Under the pieces are notes generated by a model that worked only from the letters and a program-made list of their open reading frames with translations, was not told the DNA's origin and searched no databases. A stretch of 64,000 bases of DNA, from the NCBI GenBank assembly GCA_903936565.1, contig CAIZVZ010000009.1, positions 44,840-108,839 on the forward strand. Direction: 5' to 3'. Shown here one piece after another: positions 1 to 9,846 of this stretch. Made by a program: the position numbers and the translations under genes. Every line of letters starts with the position of its first letter. Position 1 is the first letter of the stretch. The DNA comes from an uncultured bacterium (GTDB lineage Bacteria; Patescibacteriota; Minisyncoccia; Phycocordibacterales; CAIZLB01).

Positions 1-200
1 CCATCGGTGTCCCACGAGCTCCTCAGGCTTCCAGTGATTCAACTCACTCAACCGACTGATGGATAGCGGGTCAGTGAACTTATTACACCGCCGATGGGCC
101 AAGATACGACCAAAAGACAGCATTTGCACCATCGTCACTGCAACTAGAATCGCTGAGGTGATCACAACAAAACAAACAAACAGGGTGGAATTCATGATGA
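1..200 (-). CDS. partial ORF running off window edge (N-terminal hydrophobic segment), hypothetical
   Basis: Open minus-strand frame from ATG near 198-200 to the window edge (MMNSTLFVCFVVITSAILVA...). Locally GC-richer than surroundings. Confidence 0.25.
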
Positions 201-362
201 ATTGAGTTAGACCTATGTTAGACCCCTAATCCAAATCTGGCACCTGCCAGTAAGATAAAAGGTCCTCCGTCAGTAAATATACACCAGCAAGAGGTTTTGT
301 AAACTGACCCCCTATCCAACAATTCAAGTGATCACACAATCCTAGAACTGCTTTGGATCTAA

Positions 363-391
363 TTGTAACCACCATTGATTATTGCTATAAT
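363..391 (+). promoter_or_regulatory. sigma70-like promoter, TTGTAA-17-TATAAT
   Basis: Hexamers ttgtaa (363-368) and tataat (386-391) with 17 nt spacing, about 35 nt upstream of the ATG at 426. Confidence 0.35.
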
Positions 392-425
392 TTAGTAGTT
401 ATTATTTAAATTAAAAATAAAAATT

Positions 426-722
426 ATGAGTGGATCACCCGAAGACCCAATAGCAGTGGCAGCCCCGGAAGCAGTATTTGACAAACAAGTATTACTTACA
501 ACAATGGATGAGGCTGTAATCGCAATGTGCGCGAAATATGGTACTAATATTCCACCCGAAATTAGACAGCTTAGTGAGGAAATCCTAGATACGATGGAGG
601 AGGCAGCTGAAAGTTCCCAAATTAACACAAGAGGCGAATTAATAGCCGCTCTAGAATACTGCACGAGACCAGGTGGAACCTTGTCTCGAAAAGCCTACGA
701 TTTCATAATTGAACATATCTAA
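426..722 (+). CDS. small acidic hypothetical protein (98 aa)
   Basis: Complete ORF with an upstream promoter-like motif and a downstream hairpin plus T-run. No recognisable domain. Confidence 0.45.
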   Translation: MSGSPEDPIAVAAPEAVFDKQVLLTTMDEAVIAMCAKYGTNIPPEIRQLSEEILDTMEEAAESSQINTRGELIAALEYCTRPGGTLSRKAYDFIIEHI

Positions 723-747
723 TTAATTTACATATATCAACTAAAAC

Positions 748-773
748 AAAAGCCATCCTGCAGGATGGCTTTT
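748..773 (+). terminator. rho-independent terminator-like hairpin (aaaagccatcctgcaggatggctttt)
   Basis: Perfect 10 bp stem followed by a T-run. Being palindromic, it could also terminate rpmG on the minus strand. Confidence 0.5.
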
Positions 774-798
774 GTTTATATTCACTTTGTAGCAAATA

Positions 799-954
799 TT
801 ATTTCTTTATCTCTGTAAACTCCACGTGCTTGCGAAGCTTTGGACTGTATTTCATAAGCTTAAGCTTACGCTCAACCTTCTTCTTGTTTTTACTTGTGTG
901 GTATACCTCACCAGTTTTCTTGTTTGCTACCTTAACTAATCTAGTTTGTGACAT
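799..954 (-). CDS. rpmG: 50S ribosomal protein L33
   Basis: The minus-strand translation MSQTRLVKVANKKTGEVYHTSKNKKKVERKLKLMKYSPKLRKHVEFTEIKK matches the L33 pattern (TxKNKR...KLELKKYDP..RKHV.Y.E.K). It is under 60 aa, so absent from the ORF track. Confidence 0.8.
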   Translation of the reverse strand: MSQTRLVKVANKKTGEVYHTSKNKKKVERKLKLMKYSPKLRKHVEFTEIKK

Positions 955-1014
955 GTTTTTAATATATATATTGGCCCGACTTAATAATGTTGGGACGAAG
1001 CCCGTGTCTTGACC

Positions 1015-1100
1015 TGGTGCGCAGGGTAGGATTTGAACCTACGTAGCCCGGAGGCGTCTGATTTACAGTCAGATGCAATTGACCACTCTGCCACCTGCGC
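1015..1100 (-). tRNA. tRNA-Tyr (anticodon GTA)
   Basis: Cloverleaf on the minus strand: acceptor gcgcagg/cctgcgc, anticodon loop cuGUAaa, long variable arm, T-loop ggttcaaatcc. CCA is encoded. Confidence 0.85.
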
Positions 1101-1325
1101 GTAAAGATATCATATCAGATATCTCTATTTTTTCCAAATTTACAACCCAAGGATAGCCACAGGGTTGCAACTATTACAAATTATAGACCTGATAGTAACT
1201 TACGTTGACAGCACCCTATGTATATATTACCCTTACAATGCAATAGTTAGGAGAAAATAGACTACGAGATAATTAGACTTCGCGTAGCCAAAAACTCCCC
1301 TTCCAAACCACAACCGCCACCACAA

Positions 1326-1637
1326 ATGAATCATAGAAAGAGAAAACAACTAGACTTTCTGGGTAAAATTGCCGACGAGATTTACAGGAATAGCCTAACC
1401 CACAGAAATATACCTAGGCTAATTGCCTTCTTCAAAGGGCATTGTCGCAACGGTACAATTCGAGAATTGCTAGTAGAATTCATTGAACAGGAAAGAGTGA
1501 GGCTTACCACACCACACGATGTCCTTTTTCAAACAGCACTCGAGAAACATGACATCGAAACGGTTTTTGACAAAGCCAAGCGGAAATTCAAAGACAACCA
1601 CCCTACTCTTTGGGCAGAAACCGAAGCGCTGGAATAA
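1326..1637 (+). CDS. hypothetical protein (103 aa)
   Basis: Complete ORF with no recognisable domain. Moderately higher GC than neighbours. Confidence 0.4.
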   Translation: MNHRKRKQLDFLGKIADEIYRNSLTHRNIPRLIAFFKGHCRNGTIRELLVEFIEQERVRLTTPHDVLFQTALEKHDIETVFDKAKRKFKDNHPTLWAETEALE

Positions 1638-1747
1638 GCGCGACCATCGTGCAAACCCCAAACTAATCCACCCACCAATGCAGACACCCACCTGCTCGGT
1701 GGGTGTTCGCATATTTAATGACTGTGGCCATTAAAAATATTTTTTAA

Positions 1748-4453
1748 TTAACTTGTCACCTTTGATTCACTAACCATCATTCCAACTTTTCTACCTTTCA
1801 TCATTTTCTTCACATCAAAGGTAAACTCTGCATTATTGTCTGTATTCTTTGGATCAATTCCAACACTAATCGTTCCACCCTTAAGTACTCCCTGATCGAT
1901 AATCAATCCCGCCACGTTAGTTAGAATCTTTGATTGAATCAAACGCTTAAGTGGTCTTGCACCGTACTGAGGATTATATCCCTCCTTTGCAAGATATTCA
2001 TAAACACTCTCTGAGATAACAAGTTTGATTTCCTTTTCAAGAAGTCTATCAATAACTTTTTGAACTTCAATCTTAACAATATTTTTAATAGCCTCAGGCG
2101 AAAGAATATCAAAGATAACAATCTCATCAACTCTGTTTAGAAATTCTGGTCTAAAATTATCTTTAAGCGCACCCATCACACGTACCTTTGCATCTTCGTA
2201 ATTTGATTTATCAGATTGCTCAACTGCAAAACCGATTCTTTGCATATTATCAATATATTGCGCACCAATGTTTGATGTCATTATGATAATAGTATTTTTG
2301 AAGTTTACAATTCTTCCCTTTGAATCAGTCAGACGGCCATTATCAAGAACTTGAAGTAGGATATTAAATATCTCAGGATGAGCCTTTTCAATTTCATCAA
2401 ACAAGATTACAGAATATGGACGATGTCTTACAGTGTCCGTTAGTGTCGCACTCTCATCATGTCCAACATATCCTGGAGGCGCACCAATAATTTTGGAAAC
2501 TGAATGCTTCTCCATGTACTCAGACATATCAACACGGATAAGTGACTTATCATCGTCAAACATAAACTTAGCAAGTGCTTTTGTTAATTCTGTTTTTCCT
2601 ACACCGGTTGGACCAAGGAAAATGAAAGAACCGATAGGCTTTTGTGGATCATTAATGCCAGCACGTGATCTTTTAATAGTGTCAGAAACTTTCTTAACCG
2701 CATTGTCTTGTCCAACTACTTGATTCTTCAATTCATCTTCAATTCTTGCAACCTTCTTTGCTTCCTCTTCAAGCATTCTTGAAACTGGAATTCCAGTCCA
2801 ACGAGAAACAACTCCAGCGATATCATTCTCAGTGATTTCTTCCTTTAGAATTCTTCTAAATACCTGCAACTTCTTCAGACGCTTTGATTTACTCTCCAAA
2901 TCCTTATCAAGCGCTGGGATTTTGACATACCTAATATCCGCTGCTTTTGATAAATCGGCATAAGCCTCAGCTCTTTCTGCGTCTTGTCTAAGGGACTCTA
3001 ATTGCTTTTTGATTGCCTTAATATCAGCAAGAGTTTCTTTTTCATTAATCCATTTAGCCTCAGTCTCCTTTGTTCCCTCTTTTTGATTTGCAATATCAGC
3101 TTCGATTTCTTTTACACGAGCCTTTGCTGTCTTGTTAGTTTCAGCTTCTTTTAGAAGAGCCTGTCTCTCAATTTCCAAACGCATGATTTTTCTGTGAGCA
3201 ACTTCAAGTTCTGGTGGCTTATTTTCCAATGCAATCTTAAGCGCAGACGCCGCCTCATCAATCAAGTCAATTGCCTTATCCGGCAAAAATCTATCTGAGA
3301 TATATCTTGAAGAAAGTTTAACCGCTGAGATTATTGAATCGTCAGTGATATGGACTCCATGATACAGCTCATACTTTTCCTTAAGACCACGCAAGATTGC
3401 TATTGCATCTTCTTCTGTTGGTTCATTTATATAAATTGGCTGGAAACGTCTTTGTAGTGCTGGATCCTTTTCAATATGCTTTTGGTATTCTTTAAGTGTT
3501 GTCGCACCAATTGTGTGAAGTTCCCCACGTGAGAGCGCAGGCTTTAGCATATTTGATGCATCAAGGGAACCATCAGCTCCTCCAGCGCCGACAATTGTGT
3601 GGATTTCATCAATAAAAAGAATTATCTTTCCATCTGATTTCTCTATTTCTTTCAAAATGTTTTTTAGACGCTCTTCAAATTCTCCACGATACTTTGTACC
3701 AGCAACTAGAAGCCCCATATCTAGGGACACGAGTTCTTTGTCACGCAATGATTCTGGGACATCACCCATTGCAATTCTGTTGGCCAACCCTTCTGCAACA
3801 GCTGTCTTTCCAACTCCAGCTTCTCCGATAAGCATTGGGTTATTTTTTGTTCTACGTGATAGAATTTGAATTACTCTTGCAATCTCGGCATCTCTTCCGA
3901 TGACTGGATCTAATTTATTCTCTCTTGCAAGCGAAGTTAAGTTACGAGTGAATTTAATAATCGCCTTCATCTTCTTTGGACCCAAATCTGCATTTACCCC
4001 CTTTGTTGCCTTTAGAGACTCAAGCGCTTCAATGACCATCGGCTTTTCTAGTTTGAATTTGAACAATAATTCACGCGCAGATGATGCAACGTCAAATAGT
4101 GCAAGAAGCAAGTGCTCAACTGATACAAATTCATCCTTTAGTGACGCAGATACTCTGCCTGAGGCCTCTATGACCTGAGCAAGCTCTGGTGTTAGGTACA
4201 ACTGATACGATGTGGACATTGTATTAGCTGGTGCCCCGTCTACCTCAATTTCCTCCAAAAGGTTGTCTGCAAGGAGAATTGTGTCAACTTCCAACTTATC
4301 CAGGATTGCCAAAACGATGCCGTCTTCTTGAACGACAAGAGCTGTTAGGAGATGAAGCGGATTTACATGATTTTGACCACGTTCTATGGCTAATTCATGG
4401 GCTTTTTTGATCACTTCCTTGGCTTTGGTGGTAAATTTCGTTAATGGTGGCAT
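1748..4453 (-). CDS. clpB: ATP-dependent chaperone ClpB (AAA+ disaggregase)
   Basis: 901 aa with a Clp N-domain, two AAA+ modules (Walker [14 protein letters not shown] and [15 protein letters not shown]) and a long coiled-coil middle domain between them. Confidence 0.95.
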   Translation of the reverse strand: MPPLTKFTTKAKEVIKKAHELAIERGQNHVNPLHLLTALVVQEDGIVLAILDKLEVDTILLADNLLEEIEVDGAPANTMSTSYQLYLTPELAQVIEASGRVSASLKDEFVSVEHLLLALFDVASSARELLFKFKLEKPMVIEALESLKATKGVNADLGPKKMKAIIKFTRNLTSLARENKLDPVIGRDAEIARVIQILSRRTKNNPMLIGEAGVGKTAVAEGLANRIAMGDVPESLRDKELVSLDMGLLVAGTKYRGEFEERLKNILKEIEKSDGKIILFIDEIHTIVGAGGADGSLDASNMLKPALSRGELHTIGATTLKEYQKHIEKDPALQRRFQPIYINEPTEEDAIAILRGLKEKYELYHGVHITDDSIISAVKLSSRYISDRFLPDKAIDLIDEAASALKIALENKPPELEVAHRKIMRLEIERQALLKEAETNKTAKARVKEIEADIANQKEGTKETEAKWINEKETLADIKAIKKQLESLRQDAERAEAYADLSKAADIRYVKIPALDKDLESKSKRLKKLQVFRRILKEEITENDIAGVVSRWTGIPVSRMLEEEAKKVARIEDELKNQVVGQDNAVKKVSDTIKRSRAGINDPQKPIGSFIFLGPTGVGKTELTKALAKFMFDDDKSLIRVDMSEYMEKHSVSKIIGAPPGYVGHDESATLTDTVRHRPYSVILFDEIEKAHPEIFNILLQVLDNGRLTDSKGRIVNFKNTIIIMTSNIGAQYIDNMQRIGFAVEQSDKSNYEDAKVRVMGALKDNFRPEFLNRVDEIVIFDILSPEAIKNIVKIEVQKVIDRLLEKEIKLVISESVYEYLAKEGYNPQYGARPLKRLIQSKILTNVAGLIIDQGVLKGGTISVGIDPKNTDNNAEFTFDVKKMMKGRKVGMMVSESKVTS

Positions 4454-4665
4454 ATGGGGAGCATTATAGCACGGATTAGGGGAAAAGTCCCAAAAGAACA
4501 GGAAAACAACCCTACTTTGAGCACGAGGGAGATGCTTGATTGGAGGGGGTTGCTTTTTTGTGTAAATATGTCATTGTTTTAGGTAGATTCTCGGACGCAC
4601 ACCCGCTTTCTGATAATCAATTTTGAACCAATCGAACAAACTAAACACGGAGGAAATCATAAAGA

Positions 4666-5097
4666 ATGCAAACTGAATCAAAACGGAGGAGTCTACTGTC
4701 GTGGATTCTAAACATCACAGTAACGTTACCCCTGGTTGTCTTGACCACCTACGCCTGCTTGATAGGCTTCGGCAAAATACACGGGGTTCCACCCATTATC
4801 AAAAGCATAATAGTTGCAATCGTCATCGCCCACACCGTCGCTAATGGTGTGCTGGTTGTGAAGATGGCCGCCAAGGCTCGATATGTCCCCTTTACACCTG
4901 CGGAATGCTCAAAAATCAGCAGACTGGCAGTGGCAGTAATTCTGCTAGTAATCGGATCAATGATGTTGATTTACACCCCATCATCAGACTACGGCCTTAT
5001 AGCGATTACCCCTGGAGTTGGTGGGTGGGGCGTCCTGGCTACTGGCCTGTGGTACAGAAAGCCGACAAGACCCGATACCAACAACAAACAGTCCTAA
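4666..5097 (+). CDS. hypothetical 4-TM membrane protein (143 aa)
   Basis: Hydrophobic segments throughout. About 50% GC against a roughly 36% background. Followed by a GC hairpin. Confidence 0.5.
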   Translation: MQTESKRRSLLSWILNITVTLPLVVLTTYACLIGFGKIHGVPPIIKSIIVAIVIAHTVANGVLVVKMAAKARYVPFTPAECSKISRLAVAVILLVIGSMMLIYTPSSDYGLIAITPGVGGWGVLATGLWYRKPTRPDTNNKQS

Positions 5098-5110
5098 CAA
5101 GGCTCACATC

Positions 5111-5160
5111 ACGCCGCGCAGACCCCAGAGGGGCGAGCGCGGCGTTTGAACTTTCTACTT
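5111..5160 (+). terminator. GC-rich hairpin plus T-tract
   Basis: acgccgcgcagaccccagaggggcgagcgcggcgt followed by ttgaactttc. Its style resembles the cassette terminators at 28128 and 28981. Confidence 0.4.
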
Positions 5161-5248
5161 TTCTTACTTTAATTACTCGATTAGATTCGATTACTACCAA
5201 ATTTGACTAAATTGCATATAGAACACCGGGTAGTATAATATATACACC

Positions 5249-6388
5249 ATGAAAAATATAAACAAATTTATTACTTTATTAGCATTATCAATATTAATCT
5301 TCCCTGTTTTCGTTTTTGCTTCGGACTTTAAAGTCGGTGAACAACCATCTTTTACTGCCGGTGAAAAATCAGCAGAGAATCTTTACATGGCAGGTAGCTC
5401 TGTTGTAAGTGCGGGAAGCGCAGAAAAGGATCTTTTGATTGCAGGTGGTACCGCACTTGTTTCAGGTACGGTCGCGGGAGACGTATTTGTTGCCGGAGGT
5501 AGCGTAACAATTTTAAATCAAGTTTCCGGAGATGCGCGCATTGGTGGTGGAAACATTATAATAAGTGGCGATATCTCAGGTGACGCCCTTATCGGCGGAG
5601 GACAAATAATTCTATCTGGTAAAAAAATTGGTGGCGATGCAATTATTGCCGGAGGATCAGTTAGAATGGAATCGGAAGTTGGTGGAAAGGTGAAAATCGG
5701 TGGAGGTGAAGTTTATATCAACGCCCCAATCAAAGGAGACGCAGATATTAGAGCAAGAAAACTAACCCTTGGACCAAAAGCAGATATTTCAGGACATTTA
5801 AATTATAAAGCGGAATCACCAGCAACCCTAGAAGCAGGTGCCATTGTTCGTGGGGAAACAAATTACACTGAAATCAAAAGTCACACGGCAGAAAAGAAAA
5901 GTGTAGCTGCTGGATTGTTCACTTTAATGTTTATTGCTAAATTCCTTTCATTGCTAGTTACGGCTCTAATCATTGGACTTGTTTTCCGCAGGTACAGCAA
6001 AGAATTAGTTAGAACAGCAACTACAAACCCATTGAAAGAAATAGGACGCGGAATCATTACTTTAATCGTGCTTCCAATCGTTTCAATTATTCTTCTTTTC
6101 ACAATCATCGGACTTCCATTTGGAGTACTTGGAATACTTTCATTCATAATGCTCATAGTTTTTGCAACAATAATGACTCCGATTTTCTTGGGAGCACTAG
6201 TTCACAAATGGATTTCAAGAAAGTCAGAATATGTCATCAACTGGAAAACAATTCTTCTTGGAACAATAATCTACTGTATCCTTGGTTTAATACCATTCAT
6301 TGGTTGGATTATCGTATGTATATCAATAGTCACAACTGTAGGTGCAATTATTAATCTAGAGTGGACAATCTATAAGGAGTGGAAATAA
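5249..6388 (+). CDS. bactofilin-like / polymer-forming cytoskeletal repeat protein fused to a C-terminal multi-TM domain
   Basis: Signal peptide, then repeated GD..V.GG.V.I beta-helix-like motifs (GDVFVAGGSVTI, GDARIGGGNIIISGDISGDALIGGGQIIL...) typical of bactofilin/DUF342. The C-terminal ~150 aa is strongly hydrophobic. Confidence 0.5.
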   Translation: MKNINKFITLLALSILIFPVFVFASDFKVGEQPSFTAGEKSAENLYMAGSSVVSAGSAEKDLLIAGGTALVSGTVAGDVFVAGGSVTILNQVSGDARIGGGNIIISGDISGDALIGGGQIILSGKKIGGDAIIAGGSVRMESEVGGKVKIGGGEVYINAPIKGDADIRARKLTLGPKADISGHLNYKAESPATLEAGAIVRGETNYTEIKSHTAEKKSVAAGLFTLMFIAKFLSLLVTALIIGLVFRRYSKELVRTATTNPLKEIGRGIITLIVLPIVSIILLFTIIGLPFGVLGILSFIMLIVFATIMTPIFLGALVHKWISRKSEYVINWKTILLGTIIYCILGLIPFIGWIIVCISIVTTVGAIINLEWTIYKEWK

Positions 6389-6398
6389 ATAAATTTAA

Positions 6399-7139
6399 TT
6401 AGATAAAATAGCTTTTTTGGATCAATAGCACTTCCTCTTCTATAAGTCCATACTCGGATTCAGGAAATACCCCTTCAATTACGATTGGGGTATTTTTTGT
6501 AAGTGATTGTGGCGGTATATTACCAGATCTCGCAAAGGGAAAATGTGTTGTCTTAATAGCCTCAATACTTTTAAAAAATTCGCTTGTTGGTGTTGAAAAA
6601 TGAATTCCTAAGATATTATTTTGTAAATGATCAAGCTCACTATCCAAACTATCCTTTTGAATTTCATCTATGTGATCAATATCCAAAATTATTGGATATG
6701 GTCCTAGTATAGAAATATCTTTTAAATGCTGGAATCCAAACTTTCTCATATCAGAATTCTCTAGCCCAAATTTAAATTGCGGAGAAATCTTCCCTACCTC
6801 CATTTCAGTCATTGAAAAATCGTCACAATGCCAAACTGCGTATTCAATATTCAATCTCTTCATAATTACAGAAATTTTCTCAAGAATTTCATTTAGATCT
6901 TTAGCGTAAGGAGAAATTGATGGAAGGTGAAAAGAGCACGATAAACCTTTTGTCTTTTCCTTATATAGATCGAGAAGTTTGTCATCAAACTTTAAAATAT
7001 CCTCCACGGAAAAATGTATCTCAACTCGACTTACGTATTTTTTAAGTATATCTATTATAGAAAGTTGCTCATTAATCCAATCCTTTTGTGGGACCCAGAA
7101 ATAAAGACACTCTGTACTTATTCCAATTAAATTATTCAT
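6399..7139 (-). CDS. hypothetical protein (246 aa)
   Basis: Complete ORF with no confident domain assignment. Confidence 0.45.
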   Translation of the reverse strand: MNNLIGISTECLYFWVPQKDWINEQLSIIDILKKYVSRVEIHFSVEDILKFDDKLLDLYKEKTKGLSCSFHLPSISPYAKDLNEILEKISVIMKRLNIEYAVWHCDDFSMTEMEVGKISPQFKFGLENSDMRKFGFQHLKDISILGPYPIILDIDHIDEIQKDSLDSELDHLQNNILGIHFSTPTSEFFKSIEAIKTTHFPFARSGNIPPQSLTKNTPIVIEGVFPESEYGLIEEEVLLIQKSYFI

Positions 7140-7211
7140 TTTTAAAGTATAACATAATTGTCACACTCGGCTTCCAGCGTTTTCTCAGCAAATCACACAA
7201 CTAAGTAACCT

Positions 7212-8024
7212 CTATTTGGTCAGCAAAACAACCCTACTTAATTCCTTCAAGCCCTTAATCAACATCTTCCTCCTTTTATCTTCGGCTGAAATCTCGGCCT
7301 TAATGTAAAAGATATATTTACCCAGTTCTTTCTTAGATGGTCTTGATTCAATTTTTAGTAAATTAATCTTTTCTTGCTTAAACACAGAAAGAATATCATG
7401 CAATATTCCGGGTCTATCAATCTTTGGATCTATAACAAAAAGCGTAAAAGGTAAAGATGCCACATTATCATTTTTAGAAATAACAACGAACAATGTCTGA
7501 TTATTTTTTACATCCTGAATATTTTCTTCAATAATAGGTAATTTATAAATACCTGCGGCGAACTTGGAGCCAATTGCTAGTGAGTCCTTTTTTCCATCTT
7601 CTTTAACTTTTTTGATTGCAAAAGAAGTGCTTGGTGTTTGAACCAGCTTAGCTTTTGGATATCTCTCTTTCAAGTATGCTCTACATTGCCCCAAAGCTTG
7701 TGGATGAGAATAGATATATTTAACTTTACTAGGCAATATCTTATTATCAATTCCAGCAATAACATGCTCGATATTTACAATTATTTCTTTATTTATTTTT
7801 AAATTATTATAATAAATACCATCTAGAGTTTCCAACACTGTCCCTTGAATTGAATTTTCGATAGGCAAAACAGCTTCTGTGATTTTATCCGAAGCTAAGG
7901 CATTTATAGTCTCATCAATACTATCAAATAGGATGCGACCCTCATTTTTATTGTACTCAAAAGAAGCCTGCTCAGAGTATGAGCCCTTTGGTCCAAGTGT
8001 CCCCATATATTTTTCTGAAATCAT
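7212..8024 (-). CDS. pheA: prephenate dehydratase (PDT domain plus C-terminal ACT domain)
   Basis: LGPKGSYSEQA N-terminus and an ESRPSKK motif (the ESRP signature of PDT). ACT-like C-terminal region. Confidence 0.75.
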   Translation of the reverse strand: MISEKYMGTLGPKGSYSEQASFEYNKNEGRILFDSIDETINALASDKITEAVLPIENSIQGTVLETLDGIYYNNLKINKEIIVNIEHVIAGIDNKILPSKVKYIYSHPQALGQCRAYLKERYPKAKLVQTPSTSFAIKKVKEDGKKDSLAIGSKFAAGIYKLPIIEENIQDVKNNQTLFVVISKNDNVASLPFTLFVIDPKIDRPGILHDILSVFKQEKINLLKIESRPSKKELGKYIFYIKAEISAEDKRRKMLIKGLKELSRVVLLTK

Positions 8025-8038
8025 ATACTTATTATTTG

Positions 8039-9244
8039 TTAGATCACCCTCTCCACGGCCTCCACAATCAACTTCCCTGCTTTAATAATTTCTGATTTGG
8101 TTGTGTATTTTCCAAGAGTTATACGAAGTGAAGATTTTGAGCACTCGTCTCCTGCGATTTCTTTTACAACATATGAATATGAATCTTCTGTAAGAGTTCT
8201 GCAGCTTGTTACAGAGGAAACACAAACTCCCAAAACATCGAGTGTCAAAACAAGAAACTCAGCGTCGACTTCGGGAATACAAATATTCAAATTATTTGGA
8301 AGTCTCTCACCTTGTGCGGTTGAACCATTTACGGTAAATCTTTTTCCTATTTTTGATGATTTTAAATTCAAAAACAACATATCACGCAACACTTCAATCC
8401 TTTTGAACTCCTTTGCTTTTTCCCTTTCAACCTTCTCTAGTGCTAATGTAAAGCCTGCAACACCTGGCAGATTTTCTGTTCCAGCACGTCTTCCGCTTTC
8501 CTGACTTCCTCCGCTTGTGATTGACTTAAATGGAACAATTCTTTTCACAAACAAAGCACCAACCCCTCTTGGACCATAAATCTTTCCACCATCGAGTGTC
8601 ATTAAATCAACATGAAGGGACGGAATTCTCATTGAAAGATAGGAAACGGCCTGTGATGCATCCGTATGCAAAAAAGGCATATCAAATTCTGTTCTTCCTT
8701 GCTCCTTTTTATACTCTCTAAGTTTTTTTGCAATTGCCGGTAGCGGCATAATTGTTCCAATTTCATTATTAGCATACATTACGCTCACCAATATGGTGTT
8801 TGGTTTTAGCACCTCAGCAATTTTTGTAGGCTCTATAACTCCCTCTTCGTTTGGAGAAATTAAGGACAATTCAATCTCCCCTGTTTTTTCAAGTGAGAAT
8901 AGAAGTTCTCTGATTGATGGATGTTCAATTGTTGAACTAATTACATGAGGCATTTTTCCGCCAACCTCTTGTTTGTCAGATTCATATCCTAAAATCACGC
9001 CCTTGATAGCAAGTGCGTTTGACTCGGTTCCACCAGATGTGAAGATGATCTCATCACTATGTGCTTCAAGCACAACCGCTGTCCTCTTTCTACAAGATGC
9101 CAAAAACTCACCCGATTCTACTCCCTCTCTATAAATTGAAGATGGATTTGCAACGTATTTTTTCGAAACTCGAAAGACCTCCTTTGACACGATGGGGTCA
9201 ACAGGAGTAACAGAAGCGTAATCTAGGTAAATTCTTTTGGACAT
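8039..9244 (-). CDS. cysteine desulfurase (NifS/IscS class V aminotransferase)
   Basis: MSKRIYLDYASVTP start, SGGTESNALAIKG, and LDGGKIYGPRGVGALFV at the PLP-lysine region. Start chosen at the internal Met instead of the ORF-track start at 9292. Confidence 0.85.
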   Translation of the reverse strand: MSKRIYLDYASVTPVDPIVSKEVFRVSKKYVANPSSIYREGVESGEFLASCRKRTAVVLEAHSDEIIFTSGGTESNALAIKGVILGYESDKQEVGGKMPHVISSTIEHPSIRELLFSLEKTGEIELSLISPNEEGVIEPTKIAEVLKPNTILVSVMYANNEIGTIMPLPAIAKKLREYKKEQGRTEFDMPFLHTDASQAVSYLSMRIPSLHVDLMTLDGGKIYGPRGVGALFVKRIVPFKSITSGGSQESGRRAGTENLPGVAGFTLALEKVEREKAKEFKRIEVLRDMLFLNLKSSKIGKRFTVNGSTAQGERLPNNLNICIPEVDAEFLVLTLDVLGVCVSSVTSCRTLTEDSYSYVVKEIAGDECSKSSLRITLGKYTTKSEIIKAGKLIVEAVERVI

Positions 9245-9313
9245 ATTTTTTAATTTTGTCGAGTTAATAACTATACTATACAAAAAAACCAAGGTTCTGT
9301 ATACTTTATTAAT

Positions 9314-9802
9314 ATGTTTTACTTAAGTCCTGACATCCTATCTATTGGCCTGATTTCACTTTCCGCCGTAGTTTTAATATTATTAATACTCATTATTAGA
9401 TTGCAAGTCCGACTTAAAAGACTACTTAAAGGCAACGCAAAATCTCTTGAGGAAAGCATTGATCTTGTTATTAAACACGTAGAAGATTTAGAGGCTTTCA
9501 AAAAGGAATCTCAAGAATACCTAAAACTTGTGGAGAAACGCCTCCGAAACGGAATTCAAGGAGTTGACACACTCAGATTCAATCCATTCAAGGGAACGGG
9601 TGCAGGAGGAAACCAAAGCTTTTCAACCGCTTTCGTAAACGAACAAGGAGACGGAGTTGTATTTTCATCCCTATACTCCAGCGACAGAATGAGCGTTTTT
9701 GCAAAACCACTTCAAAAGTTCAAGTCATCATTTGAGCTAACAGAAGAAGAAGCAAAGTCAATAGCAATGGCACATGATAAGTTAATACTGCCGAAGGCAT
9801 AG
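9314..9802 (+). CDS. hypothetical membrane-anchored coiled-coil protein (162 aa)
   Basis: N-terminal TM segment and a charged helical region. Confidence 0.45.
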   Translation: MFYLSPDILSIGLISLSAVVLILLILIIRLQVRLKRLLKGNAKSLEESIDLVIKHVEDLEAFKKESQEYLKLVEKRLRNGIQGVDTLRFNPFKGTGAGGNQSFSTAFVNEQGDGVVFSSLYSSDRMSVFAKPLQKFKSSFELTEEEAKSIAMAHDKLILPKA

Positions 9803-9846
9803 AAAACATTGCCAAACCCCAAAAAATATTATATATTGGGGGTTAA

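Noticed and set aside
830-1012. 60 aa plus-strand ORF
   Set aside because: Overlaps the L33 gene (799-954, minus strand) out of frame. Hydrophobic low-complexity translation with no support.
1470-1734. ORFs 1470-1712 (-) and 1519-1734 (+)
   Set aside because: They overlap the 1326-1637 ORF and the clpB 3' region. No independent support.
9319-9501. 60 aa minus-strand ORF inside 9314-9802
   Set aside because: Antisense shadow of the longer plus-strand ORF.
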